A stretch of 63,851 nucleotides of DNA, filler included, from Guillardia theta CCMP2712 (lineage: Eukaryota; Protista; Cryptophyta): the NCBI RefSeq assembly GCF_000315625.1. It is 5 parts of 5 records of this genome, joined end to end, with 100 filler letters (N's around TTAATTAATTAA, not from the genome) between each part and the next. Parts side by side here need not be neighbours in the genome. Positions count along the whole stretch, not along the records: positions 1 to 21,253 come from NW_005434355.1; positions 21,354 to 29,116 come from NW_005434393.1; 3 more parts are not named here. One strand, 5' to 3'. The translations under genes were made by a program, and so were the position numbers. The notes under the pieces were generated by a model. That model had not been told where the DNA came from. It saw only the letters and a program-made list of their open reading frames with translations, and did not search any database. Shown here in pieces: positions 11,725 through 24,238 of the stretch. The number at the start of each line of letters is the position of its first letter. The stretch's first letter is position 1.

Positions 11725-12911
11725 GCTGAGCGATTTGCGCGGGTTGCAGGTATGAAAGGGGGGGTGGGGGGTGGAGGGGGCCGGGGGCTGCAATAAACTA
11801 CTACGCAGGAGGCTCAGGATTTAGGGGGTAGGAGCAATTAGAGGTCCAGAGTTGAGTGAAAAAAAATCTCTAATTGAAATTTCCTGTTTTGGTCATGATG
11901 TTTTTCAATAAATTTTTACAAATAAGACATCCCCTCTGTCAACCCGTAAAAGTAGGGGTACTCAGATTCCGCACCCCTAAAATAGTTTTAATAAAGTTTG
12001 GGATTTCAGGAAATCCGGCGGACAGGAATTTGAACTAGGAAAAATCCTGAAAACGCTAGCTAATTTTCATTAAAATCCTGAGATCTCCATTGCAAGTATC
12101 CCTCCCCTCCTCCTTCCATGCTCTTACGGTAGGTTTTCTGCGTGCTGATGCTGACCCTGTGCGATTCTAAGTTCCTGAATGCTTGCACGTTGCTGTCACT
12201 GTTCGTTGCCATCGGTGCGTCGGGATCATTGAAAACGGACAGTATGTCAAACTCATCTCCTTCCCGCGTCCGTTTACGTGGCCTGCCACCCACCCCAAGT
12301 CTCTTGCCGCCTCGCTGACATGTTCCGCAATAGTCCCCTTGATCGCTATTAGCACGTTGAAAGGCACATCATCCGAATATGGAATTTTTTTTGGCAACTT
12401 CGACATACCTTCAACTGTGCATCATCTCTTTCCCGCAACTGACAATCAGGTCCAAATAAGCATGTGCTGCCATTTTCAGTCCAGTTCCGATGATATATCG
12501 CGATGTTTTGCCCCAATCCTGCAATGTGACCAGGCCCAATCCTGAAGACTGGTGTAAGATGGAAGGGATTGCTTGGCAAACAGCAAGAAATGAGTGCATA
12601 CCGGATGATGAAGGATGAAATAAGCTGGAAGGCGACGATGGAATGCTTGTGGTGCTCTTGGTTGTACCACTTGGTTGTACCACTGTGGTAGTTTGCATTG
12701 TAGCACCGGTACTTTCAAAATGTAAACGTTACCTTCACCCCTTCTGCAGTGGTTTTTAGATGGGGTATCAATTGACCCACCCCACGGGATTACAGGCATG
12801 TATCACCCCCCACCCCCCTTCCTTCCTACTTGTGCGATCCTCTATCCCTGTGTTTTTCTTTCCCTTGTGTACCGGTCGTACTGAACAAAAAATGTTATCT
12901 CCTGATCATTG

Positions 12912-13531
12912 TGAGATGGTCGGAGCACAAGAAAGATTGTTTATTAGAGAAATCGAAGACATACAATTGCTTATTGTACAAGACGATGCGTCAGCATGGT
13001 GTGGACAAGTGGAAGATAGAACTGTATGAACGGTTTCCATGTAGTAACAGAACAGAATTGAGGAAGAAAGAAGGTGACATCATAAAGCAGATAGGAACAT
13101 TGAGTTCCATTGTATCGGGACGTGACAAGAAAGAATATAGTGAGGCGAATGCTGAGCATTTGAAGGAGCGCAGCAGGAAGTATGCTGAAGAGAACAAAGA
13201 GAAGTTGAAGCAGCGCTATGAACACTACTATCAAGAGAACAAGGAAAAAATAAGTGAGAGGAGCAAGATGCGTAGGGAGACTCTTACAGAAGAGCAACGC
13301 GAGATAAATAGACAAAGACGCAAGGAATACTATGATAAACATGCGGAAGAAGATAAAGAAAGGAGTAAACAGTACTATCAAGAGAACAAGGATAAGATCA
13401 ATGAAAGAAAGAGGCAAATGCGAAAGCAAAAGAAAGAAACGATGGGAGCAGCAACGAATAAGAAGGAAGGCGATGATGAATTAGTTGAAGATATTGGTAG
13501 ACTTGATATCAATCAAAATGAAACTGACTAA
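12912..13531 (+). pseudogene. N-terminally truncated GIY-YIG endonuclease of large-DNA-virus/Polinton-like type
   Basis: RWSEHKK...LYKTMRQHGVDKWKIELYERFPCSNRTELRKKEGDII is followed by YYQENKEKI-type charged repeats. The GIY/YIG strands are missing and replaced by unrelated upstream sequence. Confidence 0.75.
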
Positions 13532-13801
13532 GTATGTATTGATCTATCATATTTTTATTAGTTTGGCACTATTATGATCATAATGATGGGACATGGCAAG
13601 TTGTATTGCTTGAATGAGTGACACTTGTAGCATTCAATAATATACTTAGTGTGTAGTATACATTCCTTATCATCAGTAATAAATTTGTTAGGAATCTTGT
13701 TTTAGTCTTCACTATGATCATGGTGAATAGGTAGGATATGGCAAGCTTACCCTATATTTGGCAGATTGGTCATGTAGGGTAATACCGCCTATACTCTCAG
13801 A

Positions 13802-16029
13802 GTCATCCTGCATCAGTCATCACTGGCAGCAGGCAACGTCCCGGCATACACACATCCTAGGCATCGCTCTTTTCGAAACGTTTTCAGAACAGATGACGTT
13901 TCCCAGTTACGGTCATCTTCTCGAAGCAGCCACACTTGACGAATGATCCGGTCTTGCTTGTTTGCATCGGCGTGTATCATGTCCCATGGTGCAAGCGCAA
14001 GCAGCTCTTCCATCACGTCTGTGCGTCTGTGGTGGCCCAGGCAGGCGAGGTAAACCATTGCGGCAGATGCGACAAACCAGCACCGGAGAAGGAGAGCAGA
14101 CCTTTGAAGCGCCGCCGTAAATGTGGCGTCATGCCCAATCAATCTTGGACATACTCAAAGATCCAGGCAGGAGATCGTTGGAGGGTGATCAGTACAGGGA
14201 AGCTTTCCATGATCTGGCGTCCAAGCGGGTCAATATCAGCACCCAAAGAAATGACGCATATCGTCTCCCTGCCATGCTTGACTTGCCCAAATCCTCCAAG
14301 GCTTACGAGGTGGGCGCCCTATCCGCCGCAGGCGGCTCCTATCTAAGTGTCATTGCCTTACTTTGCTCTTGAGGCAGCCTGTACCGAAGTGAACCTGTAT
14401 TAGCACATGGAGCACTACAAGGCTGTGGAGATTGACAAGTATGAGGCGACAAAGGATTGATATCGATGCGGAAGAATGAGAGAAAGAGAGTCGAAGAGAA
14501 ACGGCGGGGCTTTGAAAGCAGTGGCAACTGAGGTAGGAGGTTTGGAAAGGTGTGGAGATATGCACCAGATGTTGAAGAGCTCGGATATTATCTCGCCGCA
14601 TGTAAATGTTGAATTGAACATCCTGCTAGGCTTCAGAGAAGTCCCGAATAGACCGGAGCATCTCGCTGTGTAGGGGAACCACCATGTTGTGACAGCATGC
14701 TTGCTTTTCTGCGAAGTTGATTCATAGAGTAATCAGTGACGTGAGATGAAAGCAGGAGGTCACGGCAGCAACTCACACCATCATCGCAAAACAAACTTCC
14801 ATCTGCGAGTTGCTAGCACGGTTCGTCAGTGGAAGAGTCTANNNNNNNNNNNNNNNNNNNNNNNNNNNNNNNNNNNNNNNNNNNNNNNNNNNNNNNNNNN
14901 NNNNNNNNNNNNNNNNNNNNNNNNNNNNNNNNNNNNNNNNNNNNNNNNNNNNNNNNNNNNNNNNNNNNNNNNNNNNNNNNNNNNNNNNNNNNNNNNNNNN
15001 NNNNNNNNNNNNNNNNNNNNNNNNNNNNNNNNNNNNNNNNNNNNNNNNNNNNNNNNNNNNNNNNNNNNNNNNNNNNNNNNNNNNNNNNNNNNNNNNNNNN
15101 NNNNNNNNNNNNNNNNNNNNNNNNNNNNNNNNNNNNNNNNNNNNNNNNNNNNNNNNNNNNNNNNNNNNNNNNNNNNNNNNNNNNNNNNNNNNNNNNNNNN
15201 NNNNNNNNNNNNNNNNNNNNNNNNNNNNNNNNNNNNNNNNNNNNNNNNNNNNNNNNNNNNNNNNNNNNNNNNNNNNNNNNNNNNNNNNNNNNNNNNNNNN
15301 NNNNNNNNNNNNNNNNNNNNNNNNNNNNNNNNNNNNNNNNNNNNNNNNNNNNNNNNNNNNNNNNNNNNNNNNNNNNNNNNNNNNNNNNNNNNNNNNNNNN
15401 NNNNNNNNNNNNNNNNNNNNNNNNNNNNNNNNNNNNNNNNNNNNNNNNNNNNNNNNNNNNNNNNNNNNNNNNNNNNNNNNNNNNNNNNNNNNNNNNNNNN
15501 NNNNNNNNNNNNNNNNNNNNNNNNNNNNNNNNNNNNNNNNNNNNNNNNNNNNGATTGACTACGTACGTGGCGGAAGGACAGTCATCCATCCCTTTGGCCT
15601 CCGCATCGCATCCTCCTTCGAAAGCATCATGATATACTGAGTGACTCCCCTGATTTGACTCTCCTGCTCCTGGCTTGCCTTCACTCCCTGAGATGTGAAG
15701 CCTTGATCTCGTCCCCAGCAGGGCATTTCCTCATGCCCTGAAGGTACAACGAACACAAATAATTGCCTCTCAAACTTGTTCTTGGCTCGCAGAGCGTTCA
15801 AGATGTTGAGTAATGAGTCCACTTTGATAGGATGTTTCCCCGCCCGTGTCATCTGGAACATGTAGAGAACCCCGCTAGCAGACAATAACATCGCATCCAT
15901 GCAAGGAAAGTTCGATGCCTTTGGCTTACAGTATGCATCCGGCATGATCACCCACTCCTCCAAGTCTCCGATTGATGACGCAAATTCAATGTACGGTTGC
16001 GATTCCTTCAACTTCAGCTTTTCTGACCC
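13802..16029. repeat. Segmental duplication copy 1 (spans a gap)
   Basis: Near-identical to 18522-20336 on both sides of the N gap. It differs by a few SNPs and an indel of about 23 bp near 14688. Confidence 0.92.
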
Positions 16030-17851
16030 GTTTCCATCGCCCGTATCCTTATCCAGCCTTTGCAGATGGTACATTCCTCCTCCCTTCAGCACCTCATGCG
16101 CAACGTGTTCAAAAGCTACACCTGCAGCTGACTGATAGCCATAAGTAGGACTCGAAAAAGCAAAGTCGACAACATGATCCCAATCCCTTTTCACAAGGGT
16201 CTCAAATATCATCTTCTCGGCCTTCGTCGAGCATATTCGAGCGGTAAAGGATCTGAAGTCAGTGCTGGGGGAAAGGTGAATCAGTTTCGATGGCATTCCA
16301 AGGTCGTCATTCACTGCTGCATCCATCTTGTTCTTGAGTGATGTCACTGAATCTATTCCTCCAACAGCCTGCCCAAGTGTCTCTAAAGGTTTCACGACGA
16401 TGTTTCTCGGCACATTGCCCCAATCCTCTACGATCTTCTGTACTTCGTCAGGGTCCATACCACGCTCCGATTGCATCTTGATGAAGAGTGACATCTCCTC
16501 GTCTGACCACAACGGCAAGAAATATCTCTTCGCCGATCCAGCATTCACAATGGCCTTGAACATCCCATACTTCGGTGAAGAGATTATGATTGTCTTCGCG
16601 GTTCGTGATATCGAATAGTTCCCCTGCTTTTTCAACAGATCACAGATATACCAGTGCCTAAACGTTTGAAGAAAGCGTTGCGCTACGGATCCATCCATGA
16701 GCAGGCTCCATGCTTCTCCATCAAAGTACCAATATTCACTCCCTATCTGATACACTACTTCCTCACCAGGCCGGAGGAGCTGAAGAAGTAAGAAGTATGC
16801 GAAGCAGGACTTCCCGATCCCTGGAGTACCTGTGAGGATTACTTGATGGCATCCTTGAGTGGAGTCCTTGCCCTTTAGCGTCTCTGGGTCCAACTTGAAA
16901 TCATTGGCAATCAACTCCCTCATCTTCAAGTAGCACGCTCGTATGAAGAGCTTGTTTCCAAGTGTCTCATAGCCTCCCAAGCATGTGGAGAAGCTGACGT
17001 ATTCATTAGCCACCAAGCCCTTTCCTGCGCGTGCGGTAGTCCAGAGCTCTTTCAAGAAACTTAGCATGCCAACTAGCATCAGTCCTCTTAGTACCCATGA
17101 TAGCCACATTCAATTCTGTTTCACCTTCAGGTCTTGACAAGCTGTCTCGAAGTTGCACAGGACGTGGAATAAGCCCCTCAAGCCGCTTCTTGTCCTCTAC
17201 AAGCCGCGTCTTGTCCTCTACAAGCAGCTGCTGGTACTCTACAAGCTGCGTCTTGTCCTTTACAAGCTGCGTCTCCCTTTTTATAAGCTGCTTGAGGATC
17301 TCCTCCTGCGTTGGGTCATTTTGACCTTGCATCCTTTTCAACAGATCTGTAATCTCTTTTTGTACATCTTTGATCTCTCCTTGTACACCTTCGATCTTTC
17401 CTTGTACACCTTTGATCTCTCCTTGTACATCTTTGATCTCTCCTTGTACACCTTCGATCTTTCCTTGTACATCTCCGATCCCTCCTTGTACACCTCCGAT
17501 CCCTCCTTGTACATCTCCGATCTTTCCTTGTACATCTCCGATCCCTCCTTGTACATCTTTGATCTCTCCTTGTACATCTCGGATCTCTTCATTCCGCCTC
17601 TCTTGTTGTTCTCCCTCCATTTCTGATTGCACTCCCTCCATCCCTGTGTGTACACCCTCCATTTCATTCATCCATGGAGACCTCTGAGTCCTAGAGTCCT
17701 GAGCTTCAGCAGAGATGCCGGAATTGAGGATCTCCTCAGAACCCGTCTTGGAACGAGAGGTTGAAGCTTGCTTCACATCTTGTCTCTTCTTTTCAGGCCC
17801 TGGGAGGCAGCGCGCAAGGTCAGCTTCCCATATAGAAATTGAGCCTCGCAC
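15559..17851 (-). CDS. Crinkler/RHS (CR)-type protein: heptad coiled-coil + P-loop NTPase + PD-(D/E)xK-like REase
   Basis: Walker A ILTGTPGIGKS; IIISSP; LPLWSDEE; WGNVPR; GVAFEHVAH; C-terminal YCKP...NFPCMDA...YMFQMT..KHPIK. A 52-bp intron at 17124-17073 links the GEIKDVQ 21-bp repeat exon in frame. The start is uncertain. Confidence 0.85.
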
Positions 17852-18409
17852 TCAGCCATCGCAGCACGGGGGGGATCGACACTGGTACAAAATCGATAGG
17901 TCTCACCTTGGTTGTCGCGGTCTTGAGAGAGTTCGTTCGCCCTGGGCGTCTTCATACTTCCCTCCCGTGGACACAACTAACGCAATGTGAGATGCCCCTA
18001 CATCACAGTATCAGACCCAAACATGCGTTCGAGGATATCATCATGGGCAAACAACATACTTGCGATCGTCAGCTACGATGCACGGCAAGGGCGGCAGCCT
18101 CCTGTCACTCTGGCCTTTCAAGGACACGTATCCTCTTTTTCATAATGTAGCTAGTGGGGTACTTTTGGGGTAGGAGGACCCGGTCCAAGCGGGTACTTCA
18201 TGGATTGTAGGGGCAATACATCTCTTATTTTAGAGAGTGCAACTAAAGTTTTCCTAGTATTTTATTAGGGGGCTTATGGGTTGACCTAACCTTGACCTTG
18301 ACCTTCGTGCTGATTTGAATCCGACGTCCGTTTTAGGAGAAATGCTGTCATGAACGGATGCAAGATAGCTTGAAAGCAGGGTAGAAAGAACCTAAAAATT
18401 GACTGATAT

Positions 18410-20461
18410 TTAGTACTTTGACCTTCAGTTTTAGAGTTTTAAGTTTTGTTTTTATCTCTTTCTTGGAACTGTTCGACATCTTGTGGGGTCTATAGAGAGC
18501 ATCCCTCATCACAAGAAGCATGTCATCCTGCATCAGTCATCACTGGCAGCAGGCAACGTCCCGGCATACACACATCCTAGGCATCGCTCTTACCGAAACG
18601 TTTTCAGAACAGATGACGTTTCCCAGTTACGGTCATCTTCTCGAAGCAGCCACACTTGACGAATGATCCGGTCTTGCTTGTTTGCATCGGCGTGTATCAT
18701 GTCCCATGGTGCAAGCGCAAGCAGCTCTTCCATCACGTCTGTGCGTCTGTGGTGGCCCAGGCAGGCGAGGTAAACCATTGCGGCAGATGCGACAAACCAG
18801 CACCGGAGAAGGAGAGCAGACCTTTGAAGCGCCGCCGTAAATGTGGCGTCATGCCCAATCAATCTTGGACATACTCAAAGATCCAGGCAGGAGATCGTTG
18901 GAGGGTGATCAGTACAGGGAAGCTTTCCATGATCTGGCGTCCAAGCGGGTCAATATCAGCACCCAAAGAAATGACGCATATCGTCTCCCTGCCATGCTTG
19001 ACTTGCCCAAATCCTCCAAGGCTTACGAGGTGGGCGCCCTATCCGCCGCAGGCGGCTCCTATCTAAGTGTCATTGCCTTACTTTGCTCTTGAGGCAGCCT
19101 GTACCGAAGTGAACCTGTATTAGCACATGGAGCACTACAAGGCTGTGGAGATTGACAAGTATGAGGCGACAAAGGATTGATATCGATGCGGAAGATTGAG
19201 AGAAAGAGAGTCGAAGAGAAACGGCGGGGCTTTGAAAGCAGTGGCAACTGAGGTAGGAGGTTTGGAAAGGTGTGGAGATATGCACCAGATGTTGAAGAGC
19301 TCGGATATTATCTCGCCGCATGTAAATGTTGAATTGAACATCCTGCTAGGCTTCAGAGAAGTCCCGAATAGACCGGAGCATCTCGCTGTGTAGGGGAACC
19401 ACCATGTGCGAAGTTGATTCATAGAGTAATCAGTGACGTGAGATGAAAGCAGGAGGTCACGGCAGCAACTCACACCATCATCGCAAAACAAACTTCCATC
19501 TGCGAGTTGCTAGCACGGTTCGTCAGTGGAAAAGTCTATTGGATAGCGTCGAGTCATCGCACTGCGGAAGGCGCTGTCAGGCTCAGTAGGCTCGTAGGAG
19601 ATAGAGTCATGATGGCCATGTGTGTCGTTTATCTATTCTAGCAAGCTTCTACAGCATCGCGACGAAGGTCCTCATCTCAAACGCAAAGATTGCTGGGCTC
19701 TGGCAACTTTGTATATTTCGAAATGATCGCCCACAGGAATCCTGACGATTCTAAAGTCTTGGATGCACAACCTTGCAAGGCGACTCTCTACGTGCAAAAA
19801 CTTCTCTTCTTCTGTCGCGTCCTCCCAGGTTCCAACTACTCCCTTGGCGCTGCTCTTGCGATTGACTACGTACGTGGCGGAGTGACAGTCATCCATCCCT
19901 TTGGCCTCCGCATCGCATCCTCCTTCGAAAGCATCATGATATACTGAGTGACTCCCCTGATTTGACTCTCCTGCTCCTGGCTTGCCTTCACTCCCTGAGA
20001 TGTGAAGCCTTGATCTCGTCCCCAGCAGGGCATTTCCTCATGCCCTGAAGGTACAACGAACACAAATAATTGCCTCTCAAACTTGTTCTTGGCTCGCAGA
20101 GCGTTCAAGATGTTGAGTAATGAGTCCACTTTGATAGGATGTTTCCCCGCCCGTGTCATCTGGAACATGTAGAGAACCCCGCTAGCAGACAATAACATCG
20201 CATCCATGCAAGGAAAGTTCGATGCCTTTGGCTTACAGTATGCATCCGGCATGATCACCCACTCCTCCAAGTCTCCGATTGATGACGCAAATTCATTGTA
20301 CGGTTGCGATTCCTTCAACTTCAGCTTTTCTGACCCATGGACATCTTGGTGCTTTGCCGACATCGCATGCAGCGCAACTGCCATTCACGATATGTCGAAC
20401 AGTTCCAAGAAAGAGATAAAAACAAAACTTAAAACTCTAAAACTGAAGGTCAAAGTACTAA
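18410..20461. repeat. 70-bp perfect inverted repeat pair (18410-18479 / 20392-20461) enclosing duplication copy 2 (18522-20336)
   Basis: ATGTCGAACAGTTCCAAGAAAGAG...GGTCAAAGTACTAA at 20392 is the reverse complement of 18410-18479. Confidence 0.9.
19866..20336 (-). pseudogene. Duplicated 3' fragment (REase domain only) of the CR gene
   Basis: Translation is nearly identical to the C-terminal about 156 aa of 15559-17109. Confidence 0.85.
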
Positions 20462-20468
20462 GATGATG

Positions 20469-20501
20469 TTAGGGTTTAGGGTTTAGGGTTTAGGGTTTAG
20501 G
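20469..20501 (+). repeat. Telomeric repeat tract (TTTAGGG)n, G-strand on +
   Basis: TTAGGG(TTTAGGG)3TTTAGG. Confidence 0.95.
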
Positions 20502-21253
20502 AGGTTCCTTATTTCCTGGCAGGTTCCTTATTTCCTGGCAGGTTCCTTATTTCCTGGCAGGTTCCTTATTTCCTGGCAGGTTCCTTATTTCCTGGCAGGT
20601 TCCTTATTTCCTGGCAGGTTCCTTATTTCCTGGCAGGTTCCTTATTTCCTGGCAGGTTCCTTATTTCCTGGCAGGTTCCTTATTTCCTGGCAGGTTCCTT
20701 ATTTCCTGGCAGGTTCCTTATTTCCTGGCAGGTTCCTTATTTCCTGGCAGGTTCCTTATTTCCTGGCAGGTTCCTTATTTCCTGGCAGGTTCCTTATTTC
20801 CTGGCAGGTTCCTTATTTCCTGGCAGGTTCCTTATTTCCTGGCAGGTTCCTTATTTCCTGGCAGGTTCCTTATTTCCTGGCAGGTTCCTTATTTCCTGGC
20901 AGGTTCCTTATTTCCTGGCAGGTTCCTTATTTCCTGGCAGGTTCCTTATTTCCTGGCAGGTTCCTTATTTCCTGGCAGGTTCCTTATTTCCTGGCAGGTT
21001 CCTTATTTCCTGGCAGGTTCCTTATTTCCTGGCAGGTTCCTTATTTCCTGGCAGGTTCCTTATTTCCTGGCAGGTTCCTTATTTCCTGGCAGGTTCCTTA
21101 TTTCCTGGCAGGTTCCTTATTTCCTGGCAGGTTCCTTATTTCCTGGCAGGTTCCTTATTTCCTGGCAGGTTCCTTATTTCCTGGCAGGTTCCTTATTTCC
21201 TGGCAGGTTCCTTATTTCCTGGCAGGTTCCTTATTTCCTGGCAGGTTCCTTAT
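20502..21253 (+). repeat. Homogeneous 19-bp tandem satellite (AGGTTCCTTATTTCCTGGC), about 39-40 copies, running into a gap
   Basis: Units appear invariant with no spacers. The array starts immediately after TTTAGG. Confidence 0.95.
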
Positions 21254-21353
21254 NNNNNNNNNNNNNNNNNNNNNNNNNNNNNNNNNNNNNNNNNNNNTTA
21301 ATTAATTAANNNNNNNNNNNNNNNNNNNNNNNNNNNNNNNNNNNNNNNNNNNN

Positions 21354-23780
21354 AGAGGAGATCGCGGCGGCGAAAGTCAAGGTCGCGGAGGCGAAGCAGA
21401 GAGGGGAGGTCGAGGTCGCGGAGGCGAAGCAGAGAGGGGAGGTCGAGGTCGCGGAGGCGAAGCAGAGAGGGGAGGTCGAGGTCGCGAAGGCGAAGCTGGG
21501 AGCAGCGAACAAGGCTGGGGACGAGAGGGAGATCGAGGCGGCGATAGTCGAGGTCGCGAAGGCGGAGCTGAGAGGGGAGGTCAAGGTCACGAAGGCGAAG
21601 CTGAGAGGGGAGGTCGAGGTCGCGGAGGCGAAGCTGGTTGATGCGCAAACCAAGAATCAGACCCAGTTAGTAGATGATTTGCAGCGCTCTTTGTACCTCA
21701 ATCAGTGCAAGCTTGCAGACTTTGATGCATCGTTGCCTATGCGGTTGGATACGGAAGGTAACCTGTACTTGCTGAGATTGTGTGCTGCCGTGCGGAGGGT
21801 TGAGGTGGTTTGAAAAGGCGAAGCGCTGAATGTTTTCCTGCAGTGTTGCATGCGGTGTCTCTCAAGTATCGCATTGCGCTGGGAGAGGTCGTTGACACGC
21901 TGAAGAGACACCTAGGCGGAGTGCTGGGATCAAGAACGGGAGCATTCAGCCAAAGGAACCCCATCGACAAAGTAGTAGCAGAAGCGGGAAGAAAAGCCGG
22001 GATTGTTACTTGTATGATCGAGGCATGCTCGGGGAGCGGGAAATCGCTGAGTGCTGTAGACTACTTCGTACGAAATCCAAAGACATCGCTTTATTGCTTG
22101 TTCGGATACATCCAGGAACAGGATTTATATCTGATTGTACGAGGCATCTCGCACATGATCAATGCAGCCATCGATCTTGATCTCCAGGCGTGTGATCGCA
22201 GGATCGATTACCTTGACCCAACAAAATGCGAGCAGGAAGTCTTGACGATCGACCTGCACGCGTACAGCTGGAACTTGCTTGGTGTTGTGGGATACCTGTT
22301 TGGCAAGACGACGGGCCCAGGAAAGGTGCGCGTGGAGGAAGCAAAGCTGTGGACAGAGAAGGAGCACCTGTGGGTGTTGGTCGATGAAGCAATCCCGAGG
22401 TATCAAGGTATGCCCTGCCGCACTAATGCCTTATGGAGGCTGTTGTTCCTCAAGAGGATGCTTCGTAATGCAGGCTTTCATTGCATCATGCTGGGTACCA
22501 ACACTCTGGTGATGAATTTCAACAATGCTTTACAGCAGACGAGAAATAGCCGAGGCAAGAACCAAGAGACTATCAAGTGCATCACCCATCGAGCTCTTCC
22601 TCCGATGATCCTTCAGTCTGATGAGCAGCGCGATATCCTGAAGCAGGTGTTTGGGGAAGAGATGATTGAGGGGTTGCTCGACAATGTCAACCCCATGCTC
22701 TGCCACCTATTCTTCAAGTATTGGAGAGGTGAACAAGGGAAAGATAGCGCGACCTTGTTTCGAGATCTAGCAAATCCACTGTTGGCCTTAGTACGAAGTG
22801 ACAAGAAAAGCCTCAAAGACTCATCGTTGTACTGTATGTTTCAGATAGCAACGCACGAAAGCATGTGCCAGGCGCACATCTTGCAAGGCTTTGGTGTCCT
22901 CAATGCTTGGCCGATGAGCCAAGTCCCTGCACGCGGCAGCTCGGAGTCAATCGTTGAGCTTAAACGGACCGACAATCAGATTGAGATGAATGGGATCGAA
23001 CTCAACGACTTAACTAGCAAGTTCCCGCCAAGCTGGGTAGACCCCATCACCGTCGCGATCTGTGCTGGCGGGGGGAGACCTTTCGGGAACAACTCGAGCC
23101 TTGAGGTGTTGAGGAGGATCCACCGAGACGCTCTCAAGCCCATGGATGATCCAACAGCAGTAGATGCGCTGCGCCGAGACGGGAACCTGCTGGAGTCGTT
23201 TGGAGGAGTCGTGGTGATGTTGACGAGCTGGGCCGATCCTGAGGACATTCTTTCAACCCTCAGCCATCATTGCGGAAGGGAAGTGAGAGGCAAAGTGAAG
23301 GAGGTGCTTGGTTGCGTGAAGGATGAAGCATCAGCACGGGAGTTCCGCAAAGTCTTGACTCAGTGCTTCTGTAATCTGATCCCCTTGCGGGACAGTGACG
23401 ATGAGATGCCTGACCATAAAGCTTTCGGGTACTACATTCGATGCAAGGACAAGCGGAGACGGGACGGAGAGTTTGTGGGCCCCGTCCACAGTCCTGATGG
23501 CCAAAGCAGCATGAGGGGAGCAGCGGAGTTTAAGAACCGGAGAAAGCCTCTTGGTCAATCGCAGCTCACGAAGTTTGTGAAGAAACTAGCCAACGACAAT
23601 CACAACCTCCTGTTGTTCATGGCTCCGGCGCTAGGAGACTCAGGATGGCACACTGAGGTGTTAGGCGGAAAGGCGAAGTGCAAAAGTCATAGGATACTGA
23701 TCCTTATGGAGATCGGGCTGTCAACGAAACCTTTTAGTGAACCGTCGATGCAGCAAGACGAGATGGATGAGGACCCGTGA
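21354..23780 (+). CDS. CR-like P-loop NTPase + PD-(D/E)xK nuclease, 3' part; N-terminal EVEVAEAK coiled-coil repeats
   Basis: Walker A IEACSGSGKS, Walker B WVLVDEA, C-terminal RRDGEF...AAEFKNR. A probable 47-bp intron at 21758-21804 joins the repeat exon in frame. Confidence 0.7.
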
Positions 23781-24076
23781 AGATGGATGACGAGGACCCG
23801 TGAAGATGGATGACGAGGACCCGTGAAGATGGATGACGAGGACCCGTGAAGATGGGTTGAGGACCCGTGAAGATGGGTTGAGGACCCGTGAAGATGGATG
23901 ACGAGGACCCGTGAAGATGGATGACGAGGACCCGTGAAGATGGATGACGAGGACCCGTGAAGATGGATGACGAGGACCCGTGAAGATGGATGACGAGGAC
24001 CCGTGAAGATGGATGACGAGGACCCGTGAAGATGGATGACGAGGACCCGTGAAGATGGATGACGAGGACCCGTGAA
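23761..24076 (+). repeat. 23-bp minisatellite (GTGAAGATGGATGACGAGGACCC), about 14 copies with 20-bp variants
   Basis: Read directly. It overlaps the apparent stop codon of the NTPase ORF. Confidence 0.92.
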
Positions 24077-24238
24077 GCAACCGGGAGATGATCGCTCAGA
24101 GACGCAGACCAATGAGGGATGCTGGACTCGGTAGAAAAGGAGAACGAGAGACCGAGAAAAGATGAAGAGACGCTAGATCGATGACGAAGCGACGAAGAGG
24201 ACGTGAGAGCTTTGTTTGTGCTGGTCTTGTCTGGTAAT

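Noticed and set aside
12060-12700. Second Crypton-like N-terminal fragment (VSISTQKTYRKS)
   Set aside because: Similarity is too short to call.
14746-15640. ORFs made of X residues (also 50335-51528)
   Set aside because: They simply read through N gaps.
20502-21253. 19-bp array as a CRISPR array
   Set aside because: No spacers; it is a pure tandem satellite in a eukaryotic context with no cas genes.
21298-21309. TTAATTAATTAA islands inside N runs (also 29161, 45007, 61357)
   Set aside because: Identical all-frame-stop linker placed in scaffold gaps; an assembly artefact.
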